NCBI GenBank assembly: GCA_035551475.1
Contig: DASZMX010000053.1
Span: 32,328 to 96,327, forward strand
DNA: 64,000 nucleotides
Direction: 5' to 3'
DNA from: Verrucomicrobiia bacterium
Lineage (GTDB): Bacteria > Verrucomicrobiota > Verrucomicrobiia > Limisphaerales > Palsa-1400
Shown here: positions 35,611 through 43,889 of the stretch, one piece after another
Layout of the letters: each line of letters opens with the position of its first letter
How positions within the stretch are numbered: the first letter of the stretch is position 1
The notes under the pieces: model-generated
Told to the model about the DNA's origin: nothing
The model's input: only the letters and a program-made list of their open reading frames with translations
Databases searched by the model: none
Program-made: the position numbers and the translations under genes

Positions 35611-38124
35611 TTACTTTTTGCCCAGCTTGGTCATCCCGCTTTCTTCCGCGATGTCATCGAGCAGCACGCAAATCAACCGCTGCAGGTCGCGCTCGTGCCG
35701 ATGCACATGCCACGCGAACGCCGGGACGGTCAAAAGCAGGAACGAAATCTGCCAGAAGCTGCGCCAGACAAAGCCGATCACCATGAACACAAAACAGAGC
35801 AGCGAGAAAATGGCGATTTTCGCCGGCAGCGACCATCCAGTGCGCAGGCGGCAACGCAGCAGTTGCTTGCCATCGGCATGCGGCTCGGAAACGGTGGCCA
35901 ACTGCAAGCCCGCCCAGCGGCTGCCCAGAATTTCCACATCAAAATCGCTCCATCCGGCGTCCACCTTGATTTCCCAGCCCTGCTTTTCGAGCGTGTCAAT
36001 GATACGGCGCACGAACGTGACGCGGTCCATCCCCTGCTCGGCCCAGTACTCCACGTGATCCAGGCTCCCGGAATCCTGCAAGGCGAGGGATTCGAGGCTT
36101 TCGGACGCGCCCGGCGGGGTGGGCCCGAGGGAAAGGCGGCCCTGGTAACGCGCCCAGCCCCGCACAATGGGTTGCAGAAAAAAAAGCATCGCCACCAGCG
36201 GACGCGACCACCAGCGGCGGCGGCTGCGCGGCAACTCCGCCTGGGCCGCGGCGACCACGCAGACGCCAAGGGACGTCAGCACGCTCATTAACGCCAGCGG
36301 GGCGAGCGCCCGAAAGGGAATCGAGAGCGCCAACAGAGGCAGGTTCACCACGGCGTGGTATTCCAGGCTGGTCCACAGCATGACGGCCATGGCGGGTTGG
36401 GATTGATAGACGCTTTGGAAAAAGCCGGTCGCAAAAATCCCGTGATAAATAATGGGCCGCCGCACTGTCAATCCAAATTTTGAAGGCGTGTAAATCCGGC
36501 CCTGCCACGCGCTGGCGCCGAGGACGTTGAAATATTCCGGGTGACGCCGCACGAGCATGGCCTCGGCCTCGCCGTAGCCGCGTTGTTGCGCGACGTAGGC
36601 CCCGATGGTGGAGCGGCGGTAATGCCAGACAAAACCCGGCGGGCTGAAGCCGATTTTGTAGCCCTTTTGCTGCAAACGCCAGCAGACGTCCACGTCGTCG
36701 CCCGCGCGATGAAAAATCGGGTCGAACCCGCCGATTTCCTCCAGGGCCCACTTGTAAAAAATCATGTTGCAGCCCGGGATGTGCTCCGCCTGCCGATCGG
36801 TCAGCATCACATGGGCCGGCCCGCCCGGCGACACCGCCACGGCGGCGGCCACGGCTGAATCGTCCGGCGGCAAAAAATTATGCCCGCCCATGCCCACATA
36901 GGGGCTCTTCAATAAATCGCCCACCGCGTAATGCAGCCAATCTTCGTCCGGCCGGCAATCGGCATCGGTGAACGCGATGATTTCTCCCTCAGCGGCCGCG
37001 ATGCCCGTGTTGCGCGCAACCGACAAGCCTTGATGGGTTTGGCGCAGGCAACGGAAATCCGGATAGAGCGAAGTCACCTGCTCCGTAATGTCCGTCGAAC
37101 CGTCGTCCACCACGATGACCTCGTAATCGGGATAATGCAGCGCCCGCAGCGAATCTAGGCACGGCTGGAGCGTGCGCGCGGCATTGTAACAGGCCACGAC
37201 CACGGAAATTTTCGGCCAGCGCGAAAGAGCGAAATGCGGCGCCTCGCCGAATTTTCTTTCGACGGCGGCAAACGATTGCTTGGGCTCGCGCGAACGCGTG
37301 GTCAACCCGAATTGCCAATCCAACACCTCGCGGCCATTGCGATGCCATTCGTCCGTGAAGCTGTACACCACCATGCCCGCCACGCCGCCGCGAAAAGCCG
37401 ATTCAATCTGCCAATCCAGCATCACGCTTTTGGAGCCTTCGCCCTCGCGCAAGCTGTCAATTCCAATTTCGCCCAGCAACAAGGGTTTGTCGTCCGCGAT
37501 CATTTGCAGGCGGGCCAGATAATTCTCGAAGGCGCGCTGCTGGTGCAGATAAACATTGAAGCAGAGAAAATCGATGTTCTCCGGGCGGAGGAATTCGGTG
37601 GGCGGATAATTGCCGAAGGTGCAGAGGCATTCAGGATCCACCTCCTTGGCGACATCCACCAGACTGTCGAGAAACTCCGCCACCGCGGCCCCGCCGCTCC
37701 AGCGGGCCACATCGGGAGAAATCTCGTTGACAACGCTGTAGGCGAAGACCGCCGGGTGCCGCGCGCAGGCTTTGACGGCGGTCCGCACCGTCTCGCACGC
37801 ATCGCGGCGCAAGGCCGGCGAATCCAGGAAACAAAGATGTTTGCTCCAAGGGATGTCGATCAGCACCTTCAACCCGCGCGCCTGGGCCAGGTCCAGCGCC
37901 CAGCGCGGCGGCGCGTAATAGACGCGCAGCAGATTGGCGCCGAGACGCGCAATCAAATCAAAATCACGCGCCGTTTGCTCCGGTTCGCAGAATGGCTCCC
38001 CCGCCCGATTGGGCGCAAAAGGCCCATAGGTCACGCCCTTGGGATAGAATTTTTTCCCGTCCACCCGAAAGAACTTCCCGCTCACCATCGGGCGCAAGGA
38101 AGCGCTGGGCAGCGGAGTGGTCAT
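35611..38124 (-). CDS. fusion protein: clan GH-A TIM-barrel glycoside hydrolase-like domain + family-2 glycosyltransferase (synthase-like) + C-terminal multi-TM region
   Basis: aa ~15-295 carry GH-A signatures: VVNEISPD (acid/base NE) and LLLGEIGIDS (nucleophile E). aa ~305-560 form the GT2 part: VVVACYN, VVDDGSTD, FTDADCRPD, GDDVDVCWRL, QQRGYGEAEA. aa ~565-837 hold about 6 hydrophobic helices around a ~110-aa soluble insert. Confidence 0.75.
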   Translation of the reverse strand: MTTPLPSASLRPMVSGKFFRVDGKKFYPKGVTYGPFAPNRAGEPFCEPEQTARDFDLIARLGANLLRVYYAPPRWALDLAQARGLKVLIDIPWSKHLCFLDSPALRRDACETVRTAVKACARHPAVFAYSVVNEISPDVARWSGGAAVAEFLDSLVDVAKEVDPECLCTFGNYPPTEFLRPENIDFLCFNVYLHQQRAFENYLARLQMIADDKPLLLGEIGIDSLREGEGSKSVMLDWQIESAFRGGVAGMVVYSFTDEWHRNGREVLDWQFGLTTRSREPKQSFAAVERKFGEAPHFALSRWPKISVVVACYNAARTLQPCLDSLRALHYPDYEVIVVDDGSTDITEQVTSLYPDFRCLRQTHQGLSVARNTGIAAAEGEIIAFTDADCRPDEDWLHYAVGDLLKSPYVGMGGHNFLPPDDSAVAAAVAVSPGGPAHVMLTDRQAEHIPGCNMIFYKWALEEIGGFDPIFHRAGDDVDVCWRLQQKGYKIGFSPPGFVWHYRRSTIGAYVAQQRGYGEAEAMLVRRHPEYFNVLGASAWQGRIYTPSKFGLTVRRPIIYHGIFATGFFQSVYQSQPAMAVMLWTSLEYHAVVNLPLLALSIPFRALAPLALMSVLTSLGVCVVAAAQAELPRSRRRWWSRPLVAMLFFLQPIVRGWARYQGRLSLGPTPPGASESLESLALQDSGSLDHVEYWAEQGMDRVTFVRRIIDTLEKQGWEIKVDAGWSDFDVEILGSRWAGLQLATVSEPHADGKQLLRCRLRTGWSLPAKIAIFSLLCFVFMVIGFVWRSFWQISFLLLTVPAFAWHVHRHERDLQRLICVLLDDIAEESGMTKLGKK

Positions 38125-38149
38125 CGGAATGCAATAATCACGCGCGCCT

Positions 38150-39676
38150 TCAATCCACTTTCACGGTGAGATGGCGCCGGTCCAGAATGGTGCCCTCAAA
38201 GAGCGTGAGCAAGGTTAGCGCCTCATTGTAGTCCGCCAGCGCCCGGATTTCGGCGGAGCGCGCGGAGGTGAAATTGCTCTGCAATTGCAGGACAATAAAT
38301 GGCGTGCTGGTCCCGACCTCCAGCTTGCGCCCTTCGGCGGACAAAGCCTGGTCGGCATAAACCCTCGCCTCGCGCGTCGCTTCCACCTGCGCAAAATCGC
38401 TCCGGGCCATCTCAATTTCGTTTTCCACCTGGATGAGCATGGTCTGCTCAACCGCGCGATACACCAATTTGGCCTGCTCCAGGCTGGCCTTGGCGGCGCG
38501 ATAATTATTGCGCGCGGTCTGCGCGCCCAGCGGCACGCTCAGCACCACGCCATACGAATAACTCGGATAATTGTCCGGCGGAATTTGCCCAAAAGCGTTG
38601 CCGGAGTCGGAGGCCAGGCCGGTGCGCCCGTACGCGCCCGTTAAATCCAGTTGCGGAAACATCTGGTTAAATTGATAGCGTTTATTGACAGCGACGCGGT
38701 CGATATTCACCTGCGCCTGCAAAATATCCGGACGATTGGCCAGGGCGAGCTGCCAGCTCCCCTGTAAATCAAACGTCGCCGGGATGGCCACGAGTTTTTC
38801 CGCGGGCAATAACGAGGTGTCGTAAAGCGTGCGGTATTTGTCCGTGATCAGGTTCTTGAGAATGTTTTCATCCGTCACCGCCAGTTGCTCCGCGGCCAGC
38901 AGCGCCGCCTTGGCGGAAGCCAGTTGCGATTGCGACTGCGCGACATCAAGCGTGGTCAGCACGCCGGCTTTGACGCGCTTCTGGTTTTCCTCCACGAGCT
39001 GCCCGGCCAGCGCCACCGCCTGGCGCTGCACCTCGATGTTTTCCAGCGCGTAGCTTAACTCATAATAGGCCTGCTCGGTGGCGCTGATATTGGTCATCAC
39101 CAACTGGCGGAAACCCAGTTCGTCGTAGCGCAAATTCTTCTTGGCGATCTGAATGACCGCGCGATTGTTGTCAATCCAAAGATTGCGCAGCAAGGGCTGC
39201 TGAATGGTGAGGCCGGTGAAAGCGGTGTCCTGTGTGAACGGCGCCAGCGGCAGGCCATTGGTGCGGTTGAAAGTATAATACGCGCTGCGGTCGAGCGTCG
39301 TGGAAAAATTGTATTGCATGCCCCACGGCGTGGCGCCGTTGCCGCCATCAGCCCCGCCGATCCCGACCGCATAATTACGGTCATCGACCGTTTGCGGCGG
39401 CGCGCTCAACCCGCCAAAAATCCGCCCCGGCTGATCGGTGTAGGTGTCCTTGGCCGTGCCATAAAACGCCGGCTCATACACGCCATAATCCGCAGCCAGC
39501 GCATAACGATCAAGCAACGGGCTGAAGCGCTGAATTTGCACATTGAGGTTATGCTCCAGCGTCAAATGAATAGCTTCCTCCAAGGTCAGCTTCAAAACCT
39601 TGTTCGTCTGCGCCTCGGCCCCCATCGCGCCCAGCGTGAGCGCACAGAAAATCCCCGCAAATCCTCGTCCATTCAT
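38150..39676 (-). CDS. TolC-family outer-membrane efflux protein
   Basis: Signal peptide, LTLEEAIHLTLEHNLNVQ, and two-fold internal OEP repeat architecture with coiled-coil-rich segments. It lies 25 nt upstream of the GH/GT2 gene. Confidence 0.85.
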   Translation of the reverse strand: MNGRGFAGIFCALTLGAMGAEAQTNKVLKLTLEEAIHLTLEHNLNVQIQRFSPLLDRYALAADYGVYEPAFYGTAKDTYTDQPGRIFGGLSAPPQTVDDRNYAVGIGGADGGNGATPWGMQYNFSTTLDRSAYYTFNRTNGLPLAPFTQDTAFTGLTIQQPLLRNLWIDNNRAVIQIAKKNLRYDELGFRQLVMTNISATEQAYYELSYALENIEVQRQAVALAGQLVEENQKRVKAGVLTTLDVAQSQSQLASAKAALLAAEQLAVTDENILKNLITDKYRTLYDTSLLPAEKLVAIPATFDLQGSWQLALANRPDILQAQVNIDRVAVNKRYQFNQMFPQLDLTGAYGRTGLASDSGNAFGQIPPDNYPSYSYGVVLSVPLGAQTARNNYRAAKASLEQAKLVYRAVEQTMLIQVENEIEMARSDFAQVEATREARVYADQALSAEGRKLEVGTSTPFIVLQLQSNFTSARSAEIRALADYNEALTLLTLFEGTILDRRHLTVKVD

Positions 39677-39744
39677 GTCTCGTTTTTGACGCCGCGCAGT
39701 CTGCGCAACTTCAAACTATTCGTCAAATCCCATCGGGCTGGTAT

Positions 39745-40752
39745 TCATTGACTTGAGGCGCGCCGTAACCGGTCGGCAATGGCCTGCCATTCCGGCTCGT
39801 CCGGCGGAGCTTCCACTACGATCAATTGGGCCCCGCCTTCGTCGCAGGCGTGCATTTCCCCGTACAGCGCACGGCCAAATGCCTCGGCGTCATGTGGAAT
39901 GACCGCCACGCGCCCGAACTTTTCGCGCAACGGGATCACGGTATGCGCCATCACATGGATGCCCTCGCGTGGCAGCGCGAAGCGCCGCATCTGCGCGGCC
40001 AAATCGGCTTCATCGGTCCAGCGCAATATCACCAGACGCGCGTGCGGCGCGTAATGTTTGTCCAGCAGGCCCGGACTGCGCAAAATTCGGTCGCCGCCCG
40101 GACCGCGCAATGGTTTTTCGCCTAAAACCGCTTGCAGCGACTCAGCCTGCACCATGCCCGGCCGCAACAAGCGCGGCGGTGGTTCGCTAAGATCGATCAC
40201 CGTCGATTCAATCCCAATCTGCGATTGTCCGCCATCCACGATCAAGGGAACCAGATTTCCCAAGCTTTTGCGCGCGTGCTGCGCATTGGTCGGCGAGATT
40301 TCGCCCGAACGATTGGCGCTCGGCGCGGCCAATGGAAATTGACAGGCGCGAATCACGGCCTGAATGAAAGGATGGCTGGGCCAGCGCAATCCCACCGTGG
40401 CGCCGCCGGCCGTCACGATATCTGGAATGATCGGAGCTCTGGGCAAAACCATGGTCAGCGGCCCGGGCCAAAACGCGCGCGCCAGCGTCTGCGCCTCTTC
40501 CGGCCAGGAGGCCGCACAGCGTTGGGCCATTTCCAGGCTGGCCACATGCACGATGATTGGATTGTGCGCGGGGCGGCCTTTCGCCGCAAAAATGCGCGCC
40601 ACGGCGTCGGCATTCCACGCGTTGGCCGCCAGGCCGTACACGGTTTCCGTGGGGAGGACCGCCAATTGACCGGCCCTCAATGTTTCCGCGGCGCGCTGCA
40701 CGGCCGCTTCGAACAAAGCGGCGCTTTCGGTGGGCAACACTTCGGCGGTCAT
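39745..40752 (-). CDS. L-threonylcarbamoyladenylate synthase (Sua5/YwlC type, with C-terminal Sua5 domain)
   Basis: LPTETVYGLAANA, KGRPAHNPIIVHV, WPGPLT, SANRSGE, then a ~120-aa C-terminal domain. Confidence 0.88.
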   Translation of the reverse strand: MTAEVLPTESAALFEAAVQRAAETLRAGQLAVLPTETVYGLAANAWNADAVARIFAAKGRPAHNPIIVHVASLEMAQRCAASWPEEAQTLARAFWPGPLTMVLPRAPIIPDIVTAGGATVGLRWPSHPFIQAVIRACQFPLAAPSANRSGEISPTNAQHARKSLGNLVPLIVDGGQSQIGIESTVIDLSEPPPRLLRPGMVQAESLQAVLGEKPLRGPGGDRILRSPGLLDKHYAPHARLVILRWTDEADLAAQMRRFALPREGIHVMAHTVIPLREKFGRVAVIPHDAEAFGRALYGEMHACDEGGAQLIVVEAPPDEPEWQAIADRLRRASSQ

Positions 40753-40763
40753 GCGCGAGGGAA

Positions 40764-41294
40764 CTATTCCTCCTCTTCTTCGTCGTGATCAACTTCGGCG
40801 CCTTCTCCTTGATGCGCCTCTTGATTGACCGTGTCGGCGATGTCGGTGAGAATTTCGTCGGCCTCTTTTTCGTCGTCCAACGTTTCCTGCAAGATGTCGG
40901 AATCTTCTTCCCGTCCGAGCAACCGCGCATAGGCGGACAGGCAGCCATACGCCGCGATCTCGTAATGTTCGATCCGTTGCAGGGAGCCGATAATGCCCAC
41001 GTCCATGACTTCCGGCGCGGCATCCGCTTCCAGCATTTCCTGCAATTCGGCGGCCAACCCGGCCATGCCCAGACATTTTTTTGGAGCGGGATCTTCGCCG
41101 AGGCTTTCGAGAATTTCCTTCAGCCGCACCAGATGGGCCTCGGATTGGTCTAAATGCTCCTCCAGCGCATCTTTCAATTCCTGGCTGGCGGCGGCTTTGG
41201 CGGCGGCGGCGAGCGGCTTGCGCAACTGCTGCTCGGCGTCGTAAAGTTCGCGAAGTTGTTCAATATATAAATCGTGCAATGCGCTGATTTTCAT
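40764..41294 (-). CDS. DUF892 (YciE/YciF-like) ferritin-like protein with acidic tail
   Basis: LHDLYIEQLRELYDAEQQL, EEHLDQSEAHLVRLKEI, IEHYEIAAYG. The C-terminus is DHDEEEEE. ATG 41294 is chosen. Confidence 0.75.
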   Translation of the reverse strand: MKISALHDLYIEQLRELYDAEQQLRKPLAAAAKAAASQELKDALEEHLDQSEAHLVRLKEILESLGEDPAPKKCLGMAGLAAELQEMLEADAAPEVMDVGIIGSLQRIEHYEIAAYGCLSAYARLLGREEDSDILQETLDDEKEADEILTDIADTVNQEAHQGEGAEVDHDEEEEE

Positions 41295-41326
41295 AACAGT
41301 TCCATTTGGTTTTCCATCGTTCCACC

Positions 41327-41797
41327 ATGCCTGATCTCTTTTACATTGCAACTTCGCCCATCAGCGGCCGTGGCGGCTTTGCCTCCGCCGATATTCCGCG
41401 CGGCGCGCGCATTGTGGAGTATCTCGGCGTCAAAATCTCCAAACTGGAGTCGCTCCATCTGTGCGAAGAAAATAATCCCTACATTTTCTCGCTCAACGAT
41501 GAATTCGATCTGAACGGCGACGTGGCGTGGAATCCCGCCCGCTTTCTCAACCACAGTTGCGATGGCAATTGCGAGGCGGAAAACAAGGACAGCCACATCT
41601 GGATTCTCGCGCGGCGGGCGATCAAGAAGGGCGAGGAGCTGACTTTCAATTACGGCTACGACCTGGAAGATTACCGCCAATATCCATGCCACTGCGGCGC
41701 CGCCAATTGCGTGGGATACATTGTAGCGGAGGAATTCTTCGATAAACTGCCGCCCAAAGATTCTGTCAATCAGAATCCCACACCCAGTCGCCATTGA
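41327..41797 (+). CDS. SET-domain protein methyltransferase (with post-SET Cys cluster)
   Basis: GRGGFASADIPRGARIVEY, FLNHSCDGNC, ELTFNYGY, post-SET CHCGAANCVGYI. ATG 41327 is chosen over TTG 41306. Confidence 0.85.
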   Translation: MPDLFYIATSPISGRGGFASADIPRGARIVEYLGVKISKLESLHLCEENNPYIFSLNDEFDLNGDVAWNPARFLNHSCDGNCEAENKDSHIWILARRAIKKGEELTFNYGYDLEDYRQYPCHCGAANCVGYIVAEEFFDKLPPKDSVNQNPTPSRH

Positions 41798-43889
41798 GCG
41801 ATTTCCAATCGCACACCATGCCGCCATCGTCCGTCTCGTTCCATCCCACGGAGTAAAGCAGAAATTTGCCGTCAGGCTTGCGATGAAATTGCAGCGGCTG
41901 GCCGGTGACGACATCGCGCGGGACGCGGTCAATCAAACGAGGGGCCAAGTCCGCAAGGGTTTGCGGCAACGCGCCGATCGCGAGCCGGCTTCGTTCCAGG
42001 GCGCAGGCCACGCGGGCGAGATTGGCGGCGGTTTGATTGCGGGCAACCGCAAAAATAGCGCTGGAATAATTTGGCGGCCCCATTTTCACGAGGAAATTGT
42101 AGGGCGTAAAATTTCGCTCCGCCAAATCCGCTTCATACGCCCTAATTTTGCGGGGAAAAAACAGGTTTTGCGGCAGGCTGAACCCCTGCGCCAGGCCGCT
42201 TTCCCGCGTGGCCCATTCCGTCATGTTTTGATAAACCCAACCCCGCGGGCCGGGCACGAACACCAGAGTTTCGGGCGCGGGCAGGCGGGAAGCCGGGGCG
42301 CGCCGCGCGGCATTGAAATTGTTTTCGCGCAACTTCGCAAAGTCAGAGGGCGACGCCGTTTCCAGCCAGCGGCAGGTCGCCGCTTCCTCGGTCTTCAAGG
42401 CGCCGGCAAACAGCGGCAGGAGATCGACCTCCGCCAGTTGACCTTGCAGAGCCGCCAGTTCCGCATCGTTCCACGCATGCTCGCGAAGGCCGAAGGCAAT
42501 GACCGTGGCATACAGGCCGGTCACAGCGCTGTCAACCATCGCGGCAACCACTCGAACCGGGCGCGCCCGGTTAAAGCGCCCGAGATCGTGCAACAGCGTC
42601 AGATCTTCCAACGCCTTGTCGGGATGATGCAGGAGGAGCTCGCACTCGGCGCGTTCCGCCAGGGCCTGCGCGACCGTGCGCATGGAAATGAAATTCGGCG
42701 CCGGCGCGCTATCCGGCTGCGCATAATCGCCGGCGCGCCGCATTTCCGGGCGCTGCAACGCCTGGCGAATTCGCTCCAATCCCGGGTTGAGGCGCTGCTC
42801 GCTCCACGCCATGTAATCGGCGGCTCCATAGCACGGATCAACGGCGAGGCGAAGCACATTGCTGGCGAGCGGCTGGGTCCGCCACGAAAGCGCCGGGCGC
42901 GGCGCACCTCGTCCGTTGGCGGGAAGTAAATCCTCAAAGACCGCAGCCAATTCATCCGCCGTGGGCATTCGCTCCGAAACCAAAACCATCTGGAGCGGCG
43001 CCGTCAAGGGATGGGAAAAAACGAGGCTATTCAGCGGACCCGCCACGCCCTCACCCAGTTTGCGCCGCAACGCGGCATCGAGGGACGCGCGCACGGCCGC
43101 ATCCATGAACCCTCTTCCGTCCGCGGCCATTTTTGGGGAGGCGTGAATTGTGTTGGAGCCGCCGCCGGACACGAGTTTCGCGTCGTGAGAATTCAACAGC
43201 GCCGCCAGGGCCATCGCCGCATCCACCGAGCGCCAGGTCACGCTGACGTTTTCCGAGGCTGCGGGCAAATCGGAGTCCAACACCACATTGAGGCGCGCTT
43301 GCAAAGCCAGGGTTTTGATCGCATCCCGCAACGGCACGTTCTCCAGGCGCACGATGTCCACCAGCGAGGCGCTGCCCAAGGAAAAAAGGGCGGGGCCCGG
43401 CAACAGGAGACGGGCGGCAAAATTTGACGTCTCGGACACGGGCAACGGAGCGCCGGGCGGCACGATGGTTATATCTGCGAGAACGACGCTTGGATTGGTT
43501 CCTCCTTCACGATAAGGCCCGGCCAAATCGGAAATTTCGGTGGGGCCTTTGCCGGAAAACCAGCGCTCCATTTTCGGCAGCGCAAAGACGTTTTGTTCCG
43601 GGCGCACGGGCGTCGGAATGAAGGCGTCCCATTCCAACGTGTCGGCTTGGGCGGCGCGCGCCTGCCGGTAGGCATCCCAGGTTTTCTGTCCGCGCCAGTT
43701 TTCTTCCTTATAAAAACCAATGGCGAGCAGGACCGCCAACCCCAGATACACAAAGATGCGCCGCGCCCGCGGTGGCGGAGAGACCGGGCCGGATGGCGGT
43801 GGTTGAGGTTCGTCCACGAAGCGGCATCGTGCCGCAACGTCATATTTTTGACAAGCCCGGACGATTTCCAAAAAAGCGGCGAATTTCAC
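41766..43889 (-). CDS. hypothetical membrane-anchored protein with STN-like (secretin/TonB short N-terminal) segment and pseudopilin-like C-terminus
   Basis: Single TM helix (IFVYLGLAVLLAIGFY). STN-like stretch VDIVRLENVPLRDAIKTLALQARLNVVLD. The C-terminus FLLYSVGWNETDDGG resembles GspG-type tails. GTG 43889 overlaps the helicase gene by 50 nt; GTG 43817 is a non-overlapping alternative. Confidence 0.6.
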   Translation of the reverse strand: MKFAAFLEIVRACQKYDVAARCRFVDEPQPPPSGPVSPPPRARRIFVYLGLAVLLAIGFYKEENWRGQKTWDAYRQARAAQADTLEWDAFIPTPVRPEQNVFALPKMERWFSGKGPTEISDLAGPYREGGTNPSVVLADITIVPPGAPLPVSETSNFAARLLLPGPALFSLGSASLVDIVRLENVPLRDAIKTLALQARLNVVLDSDLPAASENVSVTWRSVDAAMALAALLNSHDAKLVSGGGSNTIHASPKMAADGRGFMDAAVRASLDAALRRKLGEGVAGPLNSLVFSHPLTAPLQMVLVSERMPTADELAAVFEDLLPANGRGAPRPALSWRTQPLASNVLRLAVDPCYGAADYMAWSEQRLNPGLERIRQALQRPEMRRAGDYAQPDSAPAPNFISMRTVAQALAERAECELLLHHPDKALEDLTLLHDLGRFNRARPVRVVAAMVDSAVTGLYATVIAFGLREHAWNDAELAALQGQLAEVDLLPLFAGALKTEEAATCRWLETASPSDFAKLRENNFNAARRAPASRLPAPETLVFVPGPRGWVYQNMTEWATRESGLAQGFSLPQNLFFPRKIRAYEADLAERNFTPYNFLVKMGPPNYSSAIFAVARNQTAANLARVACALERSRLAIGALPQTLADLAPRLIDRVPRDVVTGQPLQFHRKPDGKFLLYSVGWNETDDGGMVCDWKSLNGDWVWDSD

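Noticed and set aside
39694-39706. Palindrome GCGCAG-T-CTGCGC between Sua5 and the TolC-family gene
   Set aside because: It has only 6-bp arms and no T tract on the transcribed (minus) strand. Chance occurrence is plausible at this GC content.
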